A stretch of 15,891 nucleotides of DNA from the NCBI GenBank assembly GCA_039592115.1, contig JBDHCH010000105.1, positions 1 through 15,891 on the forward strand, given 5' to 3'. The notes beneath the pieces are model-generated. The model saw nothing but the letters and a program-made list of their open reading frames with translations, ran no database searches and was not told the origin of the DNA. Below are positions 1 through 8,490 of this stretch, in pieces. Position 1 is the stretch's first letter; every line of letters starts with the position of its first letter. The position numbers were made by a program, and so were the translations under genes. This DNA comes from Gemmatimonadota bacterium. Its GTDB lineage: Bacteria; Gemmatimonadota; Gemmatimonadetes; Longimicrobiales; Gaopeijiaceae.

Positions 1-1392
1 GACGTAAACGGAGGATGAGGCTCCGGTCTCGGCTGCTCCGATGACGCCGTTCAGGATGCCCAGAGCTTCCGCGCGCTTGCCCAGCAGGGCCAGGGCCCTT
101 GCCCTGAACGCCTGGTACATGGGGGCATTCCCGGAGAGACTCGCGGCGTGCTCGTAGTTCGCCAAGGCCTCCTCGATCCGACCCTCGGACTCCAGCACGT
201 TCCCGACGTTGAAGTGGCCAAGGGGAAATCCCGGCTCCAGGTCGATGGCCCGGTTGAAATGGCGGAGGGCCTCGGAATTTCGCCCGGTGTAGAAGAAGGG
301 CCATCCCCGCTCCGCGGCGATCAGCGGGGAGCGGGGGTCCAGCTCCTGGGCCTGTTGACCCGGAGCGATCCCCTCCTCACAGAGGTTCTGGTACAGATAG
401 CATTGCGCCAACCATTGGAACGCCCGGGCGTCACTGGGATTCACCTCAATGGCGCGCCGGAACTCCGCCTCGGCGCCCGGGAAATCCCAATCCAGGTTGA
501 GCAGGACCCAACCCCGGGACGTGTGAGCGTCGGCCAAGGCGTCGTCGATCTCGAGCGCTCGGGCCGAGGCATCCCTCGCCTCCCTGGCGGCTTCCGGAAA
601 CGGGATGTTGGCATACCCGATAGTAGCCAGGACGTATGCGTCGGCTAACCCTGCGTACGCCCCTCCGAACCCCGGGTCCTTTTCGACCGCGGACCGAAAC
701 AGCTCGATGCTCCGGTGAAGGCCCTCGTCGGTCCGTTTGTTGAGGGAATGCCTGCCCAGCAGGTAGAGGTCGTAGGCTTCCAGGTCCGTGGTTGGTGGCT
801 TCTCGATACGAGATGCTTCGCTTCCCAGGACCGATACCTCGAGAGCCTTTGCCACTTCGTGCGCGATGTCGCGCTGAACCGAGAACACGTCCCTGAGCTC
901 TCGGTCGTAGTCGGCCGACCATAGATGGCTTTCGGACCGGGCCTCGATGAGCCGAACAGAGATCCGCAGTTCGGTCTCGGTCGACCGGACGCTGCCTTCG
1001 AGAATGGCTCCCACGTCCAACTCACGGCCAATCTCGGCAACTGGGCGGTTCTGGTCCCGGTACCTTTCCACAGAAGACCTCGCGATGATCCGAAGTCCAG
1101 TCACCCGGGAGAGAACGGAGATAAGCTCCTCGGTGAGGCCGTCGGCGAAGTACTGCTTCCCCTCGCCCTCCGTGATGTTTTCCAGTGGGAGCACGGCCAC
1201 CCGCCGACCCAGGTCAGACGGATCGAGGCGGGGGCGGGGAGCCGAGCCCGATCGTCGGAGGGTCAGGAGGGCCACGACGGCCGTGATGGATGTGAAGAGA
1301 GATTCGTGGCCCGGATCGATCACCACCCACCCCAACGCCACGACGACTGCGGCGATCAGCAGCACCTGGATCGCCCGGGAAGCCATGCTCAT
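1..1392 (-). CDS. Membrane-anchored TPR-repeat protein, 3' partial (C-terminus beyond left edge). N-terminus reads MSMASRAIQVLLIAAVVVALGWVV (TM helix), then a conserved VAVLPLENITEGEGKQYFADGLTEELISVLSR module, then TPR-like repeats.
   Basis: Hand translation of the minus frame (codons ending at coordinates with n mod 3 = 0). The frame is open from the ATG at 1392-1390 down to position 1 with no stop, and spot checks at 1141-1392 confirmed the residues. Downstream residues show the TPR-like A/L/Y periodicity (e.g. ALANYEHAASLSGNAPMYQAFRARALALLGKRAEAL). The gene is absent from the ORF track because no stop codon lies inside the window. Its ATG overlaps the TGA of the upstream PP2C gene (ATGA). 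Confidence 0.8.
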   Translation of the reverse strand, partial: MSMASRAIQVLLIAAVVVALGWVVIDPGHESLFTSITAVVALLTLRRSGSAPRPRLDPSDLGRRVAVLPLENITEGEGKQYFADGLTEELISVLSRVTGLRIIARSSVERYRDQNRPVAEIGRELDVGAILEGSVRSTETELRISVRLIEARSESHLWSADYDRELRDVFSVQRDIAHEVAKALEVSVLGSEASRIEKPPTTDLEAYDLYLLGRHSLNKRTDEGLHRSIELFRSAVEKDPGFGGAYAGLADAYVLATIGYANIPFPEAAREARDASARALEIDDALADAHTSRGWVLLNLDWDFPGAEAEFRRAIEVNPSDARAFQWLAQCYLYQNLCEEGIAPGQQAQELDPRSPLIAAERGWPFFYTGRNSEALRHFNRAIDLEPGFPLGHFNVGNVLESEGRIEEALANYEHAASLSGNAPMYQAFRARALALLGKRAEALGILNGVIGAAETGASSSVYV

Positions 1393-2243
1393 TTGCTCGG
1401 CGGGAGCGTCCGGCCCACGACCATGGTGATGTTGTCGGTCCCGCCTCCGTCCAGGGCATCCTGGAGGAGCCGCTCGGCGACTTGCCGGGCACTGGTCATG
1501 GATGCCAGCCGCTCACGGATCCGCTCGTCCGAAACGTGCTTCGTGAGGCCGTCACTGCAGAGGAGGACCACCGTTCCCCAGTCCCGGACCACCCGGGTTA
1601 CCACCGGAGCGGCTTGTCTTCCTCCCACTGCGCTGGAGAGGATATCGGCCCACTGGGTCTTCTCCGCCTGCGTTCGGGTCAGGACGCCCTGATCCACCAG
1701 GTCCTGAGCCAGCGTCTGGTCCCGGCTGATCTGGTTGAGCACTCCGTCCCGATACACATAACACCTGCTGTCCCCCACCTGCAGCAGATAAGCGTGGGGC
1801 CACAGCCCTAGGAAGAGCGTGAGAGTGGTTGCGAAGCGGACCTCTTTCCCCTCACGCTGCGCGTCTTCGAGAAGGCTCTTGTGCACCGAAAGGGCCGCGT
1901 CCTGGAGAAGCCGGGAGAATACCTCGGGGTCCTCCGCCTCTTTTAGCTCCGCATCGTGAAAAAACGTAGACACCGATTTGATCAGGTCCTCCACGGCCCG
2001 CCGGGCCGCCTCCTCACCGCCCTCATGCCCGCCCAGGCCGTCAGCCACGACGCCCAGCGACGCCAGGCGCTCCATCTCGACGAATCCGACCTCCTCCGGA
2101 CCGATGCTGCTCCGCTCCCTCTGAACGCCACTGACCAGGGACCCCGTGAAGAAGTGGTCCTGATTGTCCGGGCGGACCTTTCCCCTATGGGTCAGGCCCC
2201 AGGTATCGATCTCCGAGAACTGCGGACGGGTCCGGTCACGCAT
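1389..2243 (-). CDS. PP2C-family Ser/Thr protein phosphatase (Stp/PrpC-like), 284 aa
   Basis: ORF 1389..2243. PP2C motifs are visible: GLTHRGKVRPDNQDHF, VADGLGGHEGGEEAA, VGDSRCYVYRDG, LLCSDGL and GGTDNITMVV (metal-binding Asp residues). The stop TGA overlaps the ATG of the TPR gene. Confidence 0.9.
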   Translation of the reverse strand: MRDRTRPQFSEIDTWGLTHRGKVRPDNQDHFFTGSLVSGVQRERSSIGPEEVGFVEMERLASLGVVADGLGGHEGGEEAARRAVEDLIKSVSTFFHDAELKEAEDPEVFSRLLQDAALSVHKSLLEDAQREGKEVRFATTLTLFLGLWPHAYLLQVGDSRCYVYRDGVLNQISRDQTLAQDLVDQGVLTRTQAEKTQWADILSSAVGGRQAAPVVTRVVRDWGTVVLLCSDGLTKHVSDERIRERLASMTSARQVAERLLQDALDGGGTDNITMVVGRTLPPSK

Positions 2244-2252
2244 CGGCTTGCT

Positions 2253-2804
2253 CTACCGAGACCAGGGGGGGACCACCCCGTTCATTCGAGCGTACGCAAT
2301 GGACTGGCCTGCGTGCTCGTTCATGTGAGCGACGAGTTGAACCAGAACGGCCCACTTCGGCACGTCCCGTCCGTACAGTTGCGTGTCCTGCTCCAGCTCC
2401 GCGGCGGTCATCGCGCCGACCGATTCACGAACCCACTCTCCGGACGAACCAAGTGCGGCCAGAACCTGGTCCTTGTCCCTCATCGATTCCATCTGGTCCA
2501 TCTCGATGCCTTCCGGAAGGGTCATGTGGAGGCTTTGGGTCGGGTAGAGGTAGTTGTACCGAGCGATGTGCATATACACCTGGCCGACCTCCATCACGCC
2601 CTCACCGGGGGACCAGGTGTAGGCATCCGCCGGCATGGCGTTGGCGAGGGCGACGATCTTCCTCATGGACGCGTTGAATTGCCGAAGCAGCTCGTCCTTG
2701 ACCTCCACATCGGCCTGCGCCCGGGCCGTCCCTGGCAAGACGAACGCCACCAGGGAAATGGCTTGGATCCACGACCGGACCCTACGATCGTTCCACCTCC
2801 ACAT
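2253..2804 (-). CDS. DinB/YfiT-family metal-dependent protein with N-terminal signal peptide, 183 aa
   Basis: ORF 2253..2804. N-terminus MWRWNDRRVRSWIQAISLVAFVLPGTARAQA looks like a signal peptide. A His triad typical of the DinB_2 fold is present (YMHIARYNY ... LVAHMNEHAGQ). A GGAGAGG Shine-Dalgarno lies 8 nt upstream of the ATG. The gene ends 9 nt before the PP2C start, suggesting co-transcription. Confidence 0.7.
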   Translation of the reverse strand: MWRWNDRRVRSWIQAISLVAFVLPGTARAQADVEVKDELLRQFNASMRKIVALANAMPADAYTWSPGEGVMEVGQVYMHIARYNYLYPTQSLHMTLPEGIEMDQMESMRDKDQVLAALGSSGEWVRESVGAMTAAELEQDTQLYGRDVPKWAVLVQLVAHMNEHAGQSIAYARMNGVVPPWSR

Positions 2805-2921
2805 AGGCCATTCCTCTCCGAGTTGTAGGGGTACTGGGTCACGCTAGGTCTTGACCCCTTGAGGTGCAAGAACTTTCAGGGAGGGGATGCGCCGCGGAGC
2901 GGGAGGGATGAAAGAGGAAGC

Positions 2922-2950
2922 TTGTCTCTTCGAAACATACTTTGTATACT
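2922..2950 (+). promoter_or_regulatory. sigma70-like promoter for padR: TTGTCT (2922-2927), 17-nt spacer, TATACT (2945-2950)
   Basis: The -35 matches 4 of 6 and the -10 matches 5 of 6 consensus positions, with exactly 17 nt between them. The element sits 40 bp upstream of the padR ATG, and the -10 overlaps the palindromic operator. Confidence 0.45.
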
Positions 2951-2961
2951 ACGCGTAGTAT
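2946..2961. promoter_or_regulatory. Perfect 16-bp palindrome ATACTACGCGTAGTAT, flanked by the direct repeats TTTGTAT (2941-2947) and TTTGTAT (2964-2970). Probable PadR autoregulatory operator.
   Basis: Read directly: gtATACTACG|CGTAGTATca is self-complementary. It overlaps the predicted -10 and transcription start of padR. PadR-family dimers bind inverted repeats in their own promoters. Confidence 0.5.
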
Positions 2962-2989
2962 CATTTGTATTCTCCGAACCGAGGTCCTC

Positions 2990-3316
2990 ATGACCAAGCT
3001 AGGCCAGCTCGAATTCCTCGTTCTCCTGTCCGTTCTCCGACACAGGGAAGAGCCCTATGCCAACCGGATCCGGTTGGATCTGGAGGAGAACGCCGGCCGG
3101 CGCATCACCCGGGGAGCACTGTACCGGACCCTGGACCGGCTCACAGAAAAGGGATTCCTGGAGTGGGAGTTGGAGCCCAGCCAGAGCCCCGAGCGGGGCG
3201 GCCACCCTATGCGGCGACTCCTTCTCACCGAGAATGGGATCGAAGCGGTGAGGGAAACCCGGGACGTGTTGGACACCTTCCTCCAGAACACGGGCCCGGC
3301 CCTGGACGACGCCTGA
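2990..3316 (+). CDS. padR: PadR-family transcriptional regulator, 108 aa
   Basis: MTKLGQLEFLVLLSVLRHREEPYANRIRLDLEENAGRRITRGALYRTLDRLTEKGFLEWE carries the PadR winged-HTH signature (G.LY..L.RLE..G). A GAGG Shine-Dalgarno lies 5 nt before the ATG at 2990. The track ORF starting at 2942 would begin inside the operator, so 2990 is preferred. Confidence 0.88.
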   Translation: MTKLGQLEFLVLLSVLRHREEPYANRIRLDLEENAGRRITRGALYRTLDRLTEKGFLEWELEPSQSPERGGHPMRRLLLTENGIEAVRETRDVLDTFLQNTGPALDDA

Positions 3317-3318
3317 TC

Positions 3319-5979
3319 ATGTCTCCTCCACGATTAGCCATCGCGATCTTGGCCAGGGCCCTGCGCCGTGACCCCGCAGGGCCGGCGATCCTGGGGGACC
3401 TTCATGAGGATTTCTCGCTCCTCTGTCGAAAGCACGGAGAAGCATCGGCCTGCCGATGGTATTGGCGGGAATCTCTCTTTTTGGCGTTGAGCCGCATAGT
3501 CCGCCTCCCGCGGCCGAACCGATGGACGATGAGACGCATGAACGCTCCGACCCCTTTTCGCTCATTTGCTCAGGACGCTTCCTATGCCCTAAGGTCTGTC
3601 CGCCGGGCCCCTGGCTTCTCCCTCTTCACGGCCCTCATCATCGGATTGGGGGTGGCCGCAGCCACCGCGGTCTTCAGCGTGGTGAGGCCGCTCACCCTGG
3701 CGCCTCTGCCGTTCAAGGACCCGGGAGCCTTGGTCTGGATCTCCAATGTCACGGAGGGGGCTAACACATCCCTGTCAGGCGTGACCTCCCGTTCCGGTAA
3801 CCTCCGGGACTTCAGGGAACGGAGCACTTCGTTCTCAGGCCTCACCGGGTACAACGCCTTCTTCGACCAGAACGCCTACACCTTCGCCGGTGATGGCGAG
3901 CCGCAGAGGCTGGTGGGCGCCGGTGTTGCCCACGATCTACTGGAGGTCCTGGGGGTGGATCCACTCCACGGTAGGGGATTCACCCTGGAGGAGGGCCTCT
4001 GGGGCGGGCCCCGGGCAGTCATCCTCTCCCACGGGTTCTGGCGGCAGAGATTCGACGGGGATCCCGGGGTAGTGGGGACCGGGATCACTCTGAACCAGGA
4101 GCCCTTCACGGTTGTGGGCGTCCTCCCTCGGAGCTTCGACTTCTCCTCCTTCTTCACCCCCGGGGTAAAGGTGGACTTCCTTCTGCCCTTCCCCGTGGGA
4201 TCCGAGACGGACCAATGGGGGAACACCATGGTGATCCTGGGCCGGCTCTATCAGGGGGTGACGCCGGAACGAGCCCAGGCCGAGCTGGACGCCATCGTCA
4301 CCGGCCTCCAAGAGGAGCAGCCGGATCGCTGGGGCTTGGCCGCTGAGGTGACGCCCCTCCAAGCGAAGATCGCCGGGCCCTTCATGCCGGCGTTCCTCCT
4401 CCTTTCCGCCGCCGCTGCCATCCTGCTCCTCATCGTCTGCGTGAACGTCTCCAATCTGCTCTTGGCTCGGTCGCCGGGACGGAGCAGGGAGGTGGCGGTG
4501 CGGAAGGCGTTCGGCGCCTCCCGGGGTCGCCTGGCCCGCCAGTTGGTTCTGGAGACATCAGGTGTGGCGCTGGTGGGAGCCGTCCTGGGTGGCGGCCTGG
4601 CCTGGGGGGCGACCCGGGCCATCGCCAGGACAAGGGCAGTGCAGGTGCCCCTCCTGGATCAGACCGAAATGGACCTCTCGGCCTACTTCTTCGCCGCCGG
4701 CGTCGCTTTTCTCGCCGGGCTTCTGGTAAGCCTCGTCCCGGCCCTCCAGGTAGGAGAAGGGGCAGAGGCCACGGTCCTCCGGACTGAAGCCCGGGGAAGC
4801 ACCAGGGGCCGGGGAGGGCGAAAGCTCCGGGAGTCGCTGGTGGTGGCCGAGGTGGCCATGGCCTGTGTCCTTCTGGTGGTAGGGGGCCTCCTGGTTCGGA
4901 GCTTCAGGGAAGTCCTGCGAGTGGATCTCGGATTCATGCCGGAGAACGCAGTGGCCTGGCAGCTCAACCCCAGCACCGATTTCAGGTCTGTGACCGAGCT
5001 GGGCGTAGTGACACGATCCCTCACCGAGCGGGTCAGGGAGATTCCGGGGGTGGAGGCAGCGGGTCTCATCGATGCCCTTCCCCTGGGGCGCAACCGAAGC
5101 TGGGGATTTCGGGTAGTGGGGGAGGCCGAGAATGAGGAGGGGCGGTCCCTCTTCCCCCACATCGTGGCCCCAGGGTATCTGGAGGCCATGCGGGTCCCCC
5201 TCCTGGCAGGCAGACCCCTGTCCTGGGACGACAACGAGGAGTCAGCCCTGGTGGTCATGATGAACGAATCCGGGGCCAGGCAGGTATTCCCCGGCCAGGA
5301 CCCCCTGGGACTCCGGATCCGGCTCTGGGACAGCCGGGAGTGGGAGGTGGTCGGGGTGGTCCGGGACGTCCGCCACCTCTCACCCGAGATGGATCCCGGG
5401 ATCCAGGTCTACTTTTCCCATACCCAGATGCCGGACATCAACACCCTGGACCTGGTGGTTCGGTCCCAGTTGCCCATGGATCACGCAGTGGGCGAAGTGT
5501 CCTCTGCCCTCCGTGAGATCGATCCCTCCATGCCTACGGGCGAGTTCTGGACCCTGGAGGACTCGGTGGACCGGGCCCTCTCGGCCCGAAGCTTCACTCT
5601 CTGGATTCTGTCGGTGTACGGCGGCGTAGCCCTTCTTCTGGCGGCCCTGGGCATCTATGGGGTCCTGGCACAATCGGTGGCGGAACGGAGCCCCGAAATC
5701 GGGATCCGGATGGCGCTGGGAGCCTCCTGGCAGGAGGTGGTGGGGAGCGTCCTGGGTCGGACCCTGGCCCTGGCCGCGGTCGGGATCCTTGCCGGAGGCC
5801 TGGTTTCGCTCTGGGCGGGGAGGCTCCTGAGTACCCTGCTCTTCGGGGTGGAGATGACCGATCCGGTTGCCTATGGGGGAATGGCGGTGATCCTCCTGGG
5901 AGTGGCTGCCGTGGCGGGACTGGTGCCGGCCCTCAGGGCCGGCCGAATCAGGGGGACCAGGGCTCTGGAGGCGCTGTAG
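3319..5979 (+). CDS. Duplicated FtsX/MacB-type orphan permease (ADOP family), 886 aa, with no ATPase gene adjacent
   Basis: The ATG at 3319 lies 2 nt after the padR TGA. N-terminal prefix MSPPRLAIAILARALRRDPAGPAILGDLHEDF, then DASYALRSVRRAPGFSLFTALIIGLGVAAATAVFSVVRPLTLAPLPFKDPGALVWI, typical of the ADOP/MacB N-terminus. Two FtsX TM bundles carry the RxxEIGxRKALGA-type motifs: SREVAVRKAFGASRGRL and SPEIGIRMALGASWQEV. The track ORF 2965..5979 (1004 aa) has a spurious out-of-frame extension over padR. Confidence 0.9.
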   Translation: MSPPRLAIAILARALRRDPAGPAILGDLHEDFSLLCRKHGEASACRWYWRESLFLALSRIVRLPRPNRWTMRRMNAPTPFRSFAQDASYALRSVRRAPGFSLFTALIIGLGVAAATAVFSVVRPLTLAPLPFKDPGALVWISNVTEGANTSLSGVTSRSGNLRDFRERSTSFSGLTGYNAFFDQNAYTFAGDGEPQRLVGAGVAHDLLEVLGVDPLHGRGFTLEEGLWGGPRAVILSHGFWRQRFDGDPGVVGTGITLNQEPFTVVGVLPRSFDFSSFFTPGVKVDFLLPFPVGSETDQWGNTMVILGRLYQGVTPERAQAELDAIVTGLQEEQPDRWGLAAEVTPLQAKIAGPFMPAFLLLSAAAAILLLIVCVNVSNLLLARSPGRSREVAVRKAFGASRGRLARQLVLETSGVALVGAVLGGGLAWGATRAIARTRAVQVPLLDQTEMDLSAYFFAAGVAFLAGLLVSLVPALQVGEGAEATVLRTEARGSTRGRGGRKLRESLVVAEVAMACVLLVVGGLLVRSFREVLRVDLGFMPENAVAWQLNPSTDFRSVTELGVVTRSLTERVREIPGVEAAGLIDALPLGRNRSWGFRVVGEAENEEGRSLFPHIVAPGYLEAMRVPLLAGRPLSWDDNEESALVVMMNESGARQVFPGQDPLGLRIRLWDSREWEVVGVVRDVRHLSPEMDPGIQVYFSHTQMPDINTLDLVVRSQLPMDHAVGEVSSALREIDPSMPTGEFWTLEDSVDRALSARSFTLWILSVYGGVALLLAALGIYGVLAQSVAERSPEIGIRMALGASWQEVVGSVLGRTLALAAVGILAGGLVSLWAGRLLSTLLFGVEMTDPVAYGGMAVILLGVAAVAGLVPALRAGRIRGTRALEAL

Positions 5980-6018
5980 CGGATCTGGCTCGACCAGCAC
6001 TCCGTTGACCTCTGGGCA

Positions 6019-6042
6019 GGGAGGCCGTTCGCGCGGCCTCCC
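6019..6042. terminator. GC-rich hairpin GGGAGGCCG-ttcgcg-CGGCCTCCC between convergent genes; putative bidirectional terminator with no U-tract
   Basis: A 9-bp perfect stem with a 6-nt loop, read directly. It sits in the 75-bp gap between the ADOP stop (5979) and the lipoprotein stop (6055). Confidence 0.45.
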
Positions 6043-6054
6043 AACTCCGCCACG

Positions 6055-7275
6055 TCATTTGTTGTCTCGGGTGATCCGGTACACCACCACCGAGGCGACA
6101 TCCAGTTCGTCCCGCTCGCTCACCACGATTCGGTCGCGCCCGAGGAATGCCTCGGGGAAGGGGAATCCAGGTGCTGTCGTGCCCAGGTACTCGCCGTCGG
6201 GGGTGAGAACATCGATGGCACGGTCCTCTCCTTCCGGGGCCCAACGCTGCAGGAAGATCTCACCCGCCGGAGAGATCGCTACGGCTGCGACGGGCGGTAC
6301 CTCTGGCGCGAACCCCCTCTTCTCGACCACTTCCGCCGCATCGCATATTCGCACCCCTGCCGAGCTCATCATTCGCATGCCGTCGCCGACGGTGGCCCGG
6401 GCCATGGCCTCCGTAGCCTGGACGGTCGGAACCTGCCGGCGGATCCGTCGCACCAGGGAGAATTCCGGAGGATAATACAGGTCCACCTCGTACCGATCCG
6501 TGCCAACGACCGCCACCCCACCATCAGGTCCGGGTGCCCATAACAGCCTGGGCGCGAAGATGGGCTCGATTCCCGAAAGCCGCATTCCACAGCTCTCCAG
6601 GGTGATCGTGCCACCCTGCTCTCTGACGTACCGGACGAGCTCGAGGGTGTCGGCCCGGCCCATGGCCATGAGGGTCTGGGGCCGCGGAGCCGGAATACTG
6701 TAGTCGACGGTGGGCAGGACCATGAATGGGCCGGCGAAAGCGATACCGCCCCCGAAGTAGGAGACACCCTGGAGGGGGTCCGGGGCCTGAGGAAGAAGCG
6801 CCTCGTCGAAACGCTCCAACCTTCTGTTCATCATGTCGAATACCGAGACGCCACCGTCAGGCCGGGGAGCGAGATCCAACGGATACTGGAACTCACCGGG
6901 GCCGGAACCCTCCCGACCGTACTGGACCAGAAAACCCCCTGCCTCGTCGAACACGACGATCCGCTTGGCATCGCCGTCCAGGATCGCGATCCGGTTCCCG
7001 GAGAGGACTCCCAGATCGGTAACGCCGAAGAACCCCTCTCCTTCTTCCTGCAACGGCTGAATCTGCAGGACCCTTTCGGCGGACCACTCCAGGGACGTGT
7101 CCTCCCCGGGGCCCGTCACCAGCGCCACTCCGGCAGAGTCTGCGACCGACGTTCCCTCCGGACCACCGGCTTCCCCCCCGCACCCGGAAAGGAGAAGGGT
7201 GCCGGATAGAAGGAAGGCGATAAGGGGATCCGGAGCTTTCAGCTGGGAACGAGAGCTTCTGCGGGTCCTGTTCAT
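6055..7275 (-). CDS. Lipoprotein, predicted beta-propeller (NHL / 6-bladed-like) fold, about 406 aa
   Basis: ORF 6055..7350, but the track start is a TTG. The internal ATG at 7275 gives MNRTRRSSRSQLKAPDPLIAFLLSGTLLLSGCGG, a signal peptide with the lipobox LSGC. The body has Gly/Asp-rich repeats (GSGPGEFQYPLDLAPRPDGGVSVFD, APGPDGGVAVVGTDRYEVDLY) that suggest a propeller. Confidence 0.65.
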   Translation of the reverse strand: MNRTRRSSRSQLKAPDPLIAFLLSGTLLLSGCGGEAGGPEGTSVADSAGVALVTGPGEDTSLEWSAERVLQIQPLQEEGEGFFGVTDLGVLSGNRIAILDGDAKRIVVFDEAGGFLVQYGREGSGPGEFQYPLDLAPRPDGGVSVFDMMNRRLERFDEALLPQAPDPLQGVSYFGGGIAFAGPFMVLPTVDYSIPAPRPQTLMAMGRADTLELVRYVREQGGTITLESCGMRLSGIEPIFAPRLLWAPGPDGGVAVVGTDRYEVDLYYPPEFSLVRRIRRQVPTVQATEAMARATVGDGMRMMSSAGVRICDAAEVVEKRGFAPEVPPVAAVAISPAGEIFLQRWAPEGEDRAIDVLTPDGEYLGTTAPGFPFPEAFLGRDRIVVSERDELDVASVVVYRITRDNK

Positions 7276-7408
7276 GTGATTCCCGCCCGTTTGGAGGAGG
7301 AGTTCGAATACGCTTCCACGCGTCGGCGACCCCAAGAACGAAGGCACCAACCCTTGGATGACAGGGTTGCTGGCATCGTTGCCCCCGGGCCTCCCAAACG
7401 CGTTTTCG

Positions 7409-7438
7409 TTGACAGTATGGCCTCTCTCGGCCTAATAG
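7409..7438 (+). promoter_or_regulatory. Candidate sigma70-like promoter: TTGACA (7409-7414), 18-nt spacer, TAATAG (7433-7438), for the membrane-protein gene
   Basis: The -35 is perfect, the -10 is weak (3 of 6) and the spacer is 18 nt. It lies about 100 bp upstream of the ATG at 7540. Confidence 0.25.
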
Positions 7439-7539
7439 AGGTCCTTCAACCCTTCAATCAAGAAAGAAGTCGATGCCCCGGCAAGCGGCGACCCGGGCCG
7501 AGCTAGGGCGCAGTCGAACCGCCGAACCAGGAGAACGTT

Positions 7540-7989
7540 ATGTCTGAAGACCAAGCTACATTGAACGGCCGCACCCCCTGGCATCTCTGGGTCATCGGGA
7601 TCCTGGCCGTCCTGTGGAACTCCATGGGCGCCTTCGACTACCTCATGACGCAGACCCAGAACGAAACGTACATGAACCAATTCACCCCGGAGCAGCTGGA
7701 GTACTTCTACGGGTTCCCGGCTTGGGTTGTGGCCTTCTGGGCCATCGCCGTCTGGGGAGGAGTCCTCGGTGCCGTGCTCTTGTTGTTTAGGAAGAGGTTG
7801 GCCGCGGAGGTATTCCTCGCCTCCTTCCTCTCGATGGTTGTGACCAGCATCTACAATTTCGGTCTCTCCAACGGACTCGAGGTCATGGGCGAACCGGCTG
7901 CGCTGGTGTTCAGCGTTCTGATCTTCATATTCGCGCTACTCCTTTACCTGTATGCCAGGGCCATGAAGAACCGGGGGGTTCTGGTGTAG
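7540..7989 (+). CDS. Small integral membrane protein (about 4 TM helices), 149 aa, unknown function
   Basis: A strong AGGAGA Shine-Dalgarno lies 5 nt before the ATG. Hydrophobic segments: HLWVIGILAVLWNSMGAF, FPAWVVAFWAIAVWGGVLGAVLLLF, VFLASFLSMVVTSIYNF and AALVFSVLIFIFALLLYLY. Confidence 0.7.
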   Translation: MSEDQATLNGRTPWHLWVIGILAVLWNSMGAFDYLMTQTQNETYMNQFTPEQLEYFYGFPAWVVAFWAIAVWGGVLGAVLLLFRKRLAAEVFLASFLSMVVTSIYNFGLSNGLEVMGEPAALVFSVLIFIFALLLYLYARAMKNRGVLV

Positions 7990-8158
7990 CGACAGAGCGG
8001 CGCCTCGCGAGGAGGGCCGGATCAGGCGGGGGACATCAGGGGGGCGGACAAACGCCGCAGGCCTTCCCCGGATCTGAGGAACGAGCAGACACACCCTCCC
8101 TGAGGAGAGATCAATTGCGGGAGGGATGGGGTGGGTTGCTGTAGGGCCCAGGCGGCCC

Positions 8159-8490
8159 CTACACCTTCCGGACGATCAGCTGACCCTCTGGAATGGTGAG
8201 ATACCAGATCTTCTCCGTGATCACGGACTCCACGGGGTAGATCAGGCCGCCCTGAGCAAACACGTCACCAAGCCGCACGGCGACCTTCACCCGGTCTTCT
8301 GTTTGCCACTGGTTCTCGGAGTTCTCAGCGAACCCCAGCCCCTGCCCGATTTGAGCGGCGAGAGATACGTGACCTCCCCCGTAGACGTCGATAACGGCCT
8401 CGGTGGGGTCATCGTTCGCCGAGAGGCTGTACATGCCGGGATGGGGAGTGTCACTCAAGAACTCGGAAAGGGTCTCCCTATAGAGAAGGG
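8159..8490 (-). repeat. Copy 1 of a diverged direct repeat (about 80% nt identity over about 330 bp) corresponding to the paralogous small genes
   Basis: Eyeball alignment with 12473..12805: gtgagataccagatcttctc, ccactggttctc, cagcgaacccca, ccctgcccgat, gcggcgag and cccccgta are shared in register. Mismatches fall mostly at codon third positions. Confidence 0.7.

Noticed and set aside
148-1692. Plus-strand track ORFs 148..648, 715..924, 925..1692 and 947..1429
   Set aside because: They are Arg/Pro/Gly-rich and low in complexity. They lie antisense to a clean TPR-protein frame that is open for 1.39 kb on the minus strand. This is the usual GC-rich antisense ORF artefact.
2965-3318. The first about 118 codons of the 1004-aa track ORF 2965..5979
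   Set aside because: They overlap padR in another frame and encode RP-rich junk. The ADOP-type N-terminus begins at the ATG at 3319, immediately after the padR stop.
4558-6000. Long minus-strand ORFs inside the permease gene (4558..5160, 4683..5258, 5380..6000), and similar antisense ORFs inside glnA (14803..15495) and flotillin (12900..13448)
   Set aside because: They are antisense to genes with strong family signatures, and their composition is biased and not protein-like.
7276-7350. TTG start at 7350 for the lipoprotein (the track start)
   Set aside because: The internal ATG at 7275 begins a canonical lipoprotein signal peptide (positively charged N-region, then a hydrophobic core, then LSGC), and the 25 upstream residues add nothing.
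8003-8012. 10-bp perfect palindrome CCTCGCGAGG just after the membrane-protein gene stop
   Set aside because: It is too short, has no loop and has no U-tract. It is probably a chance occurrence in GC-rich DNA, although it could be part of a weak convergent terminator.
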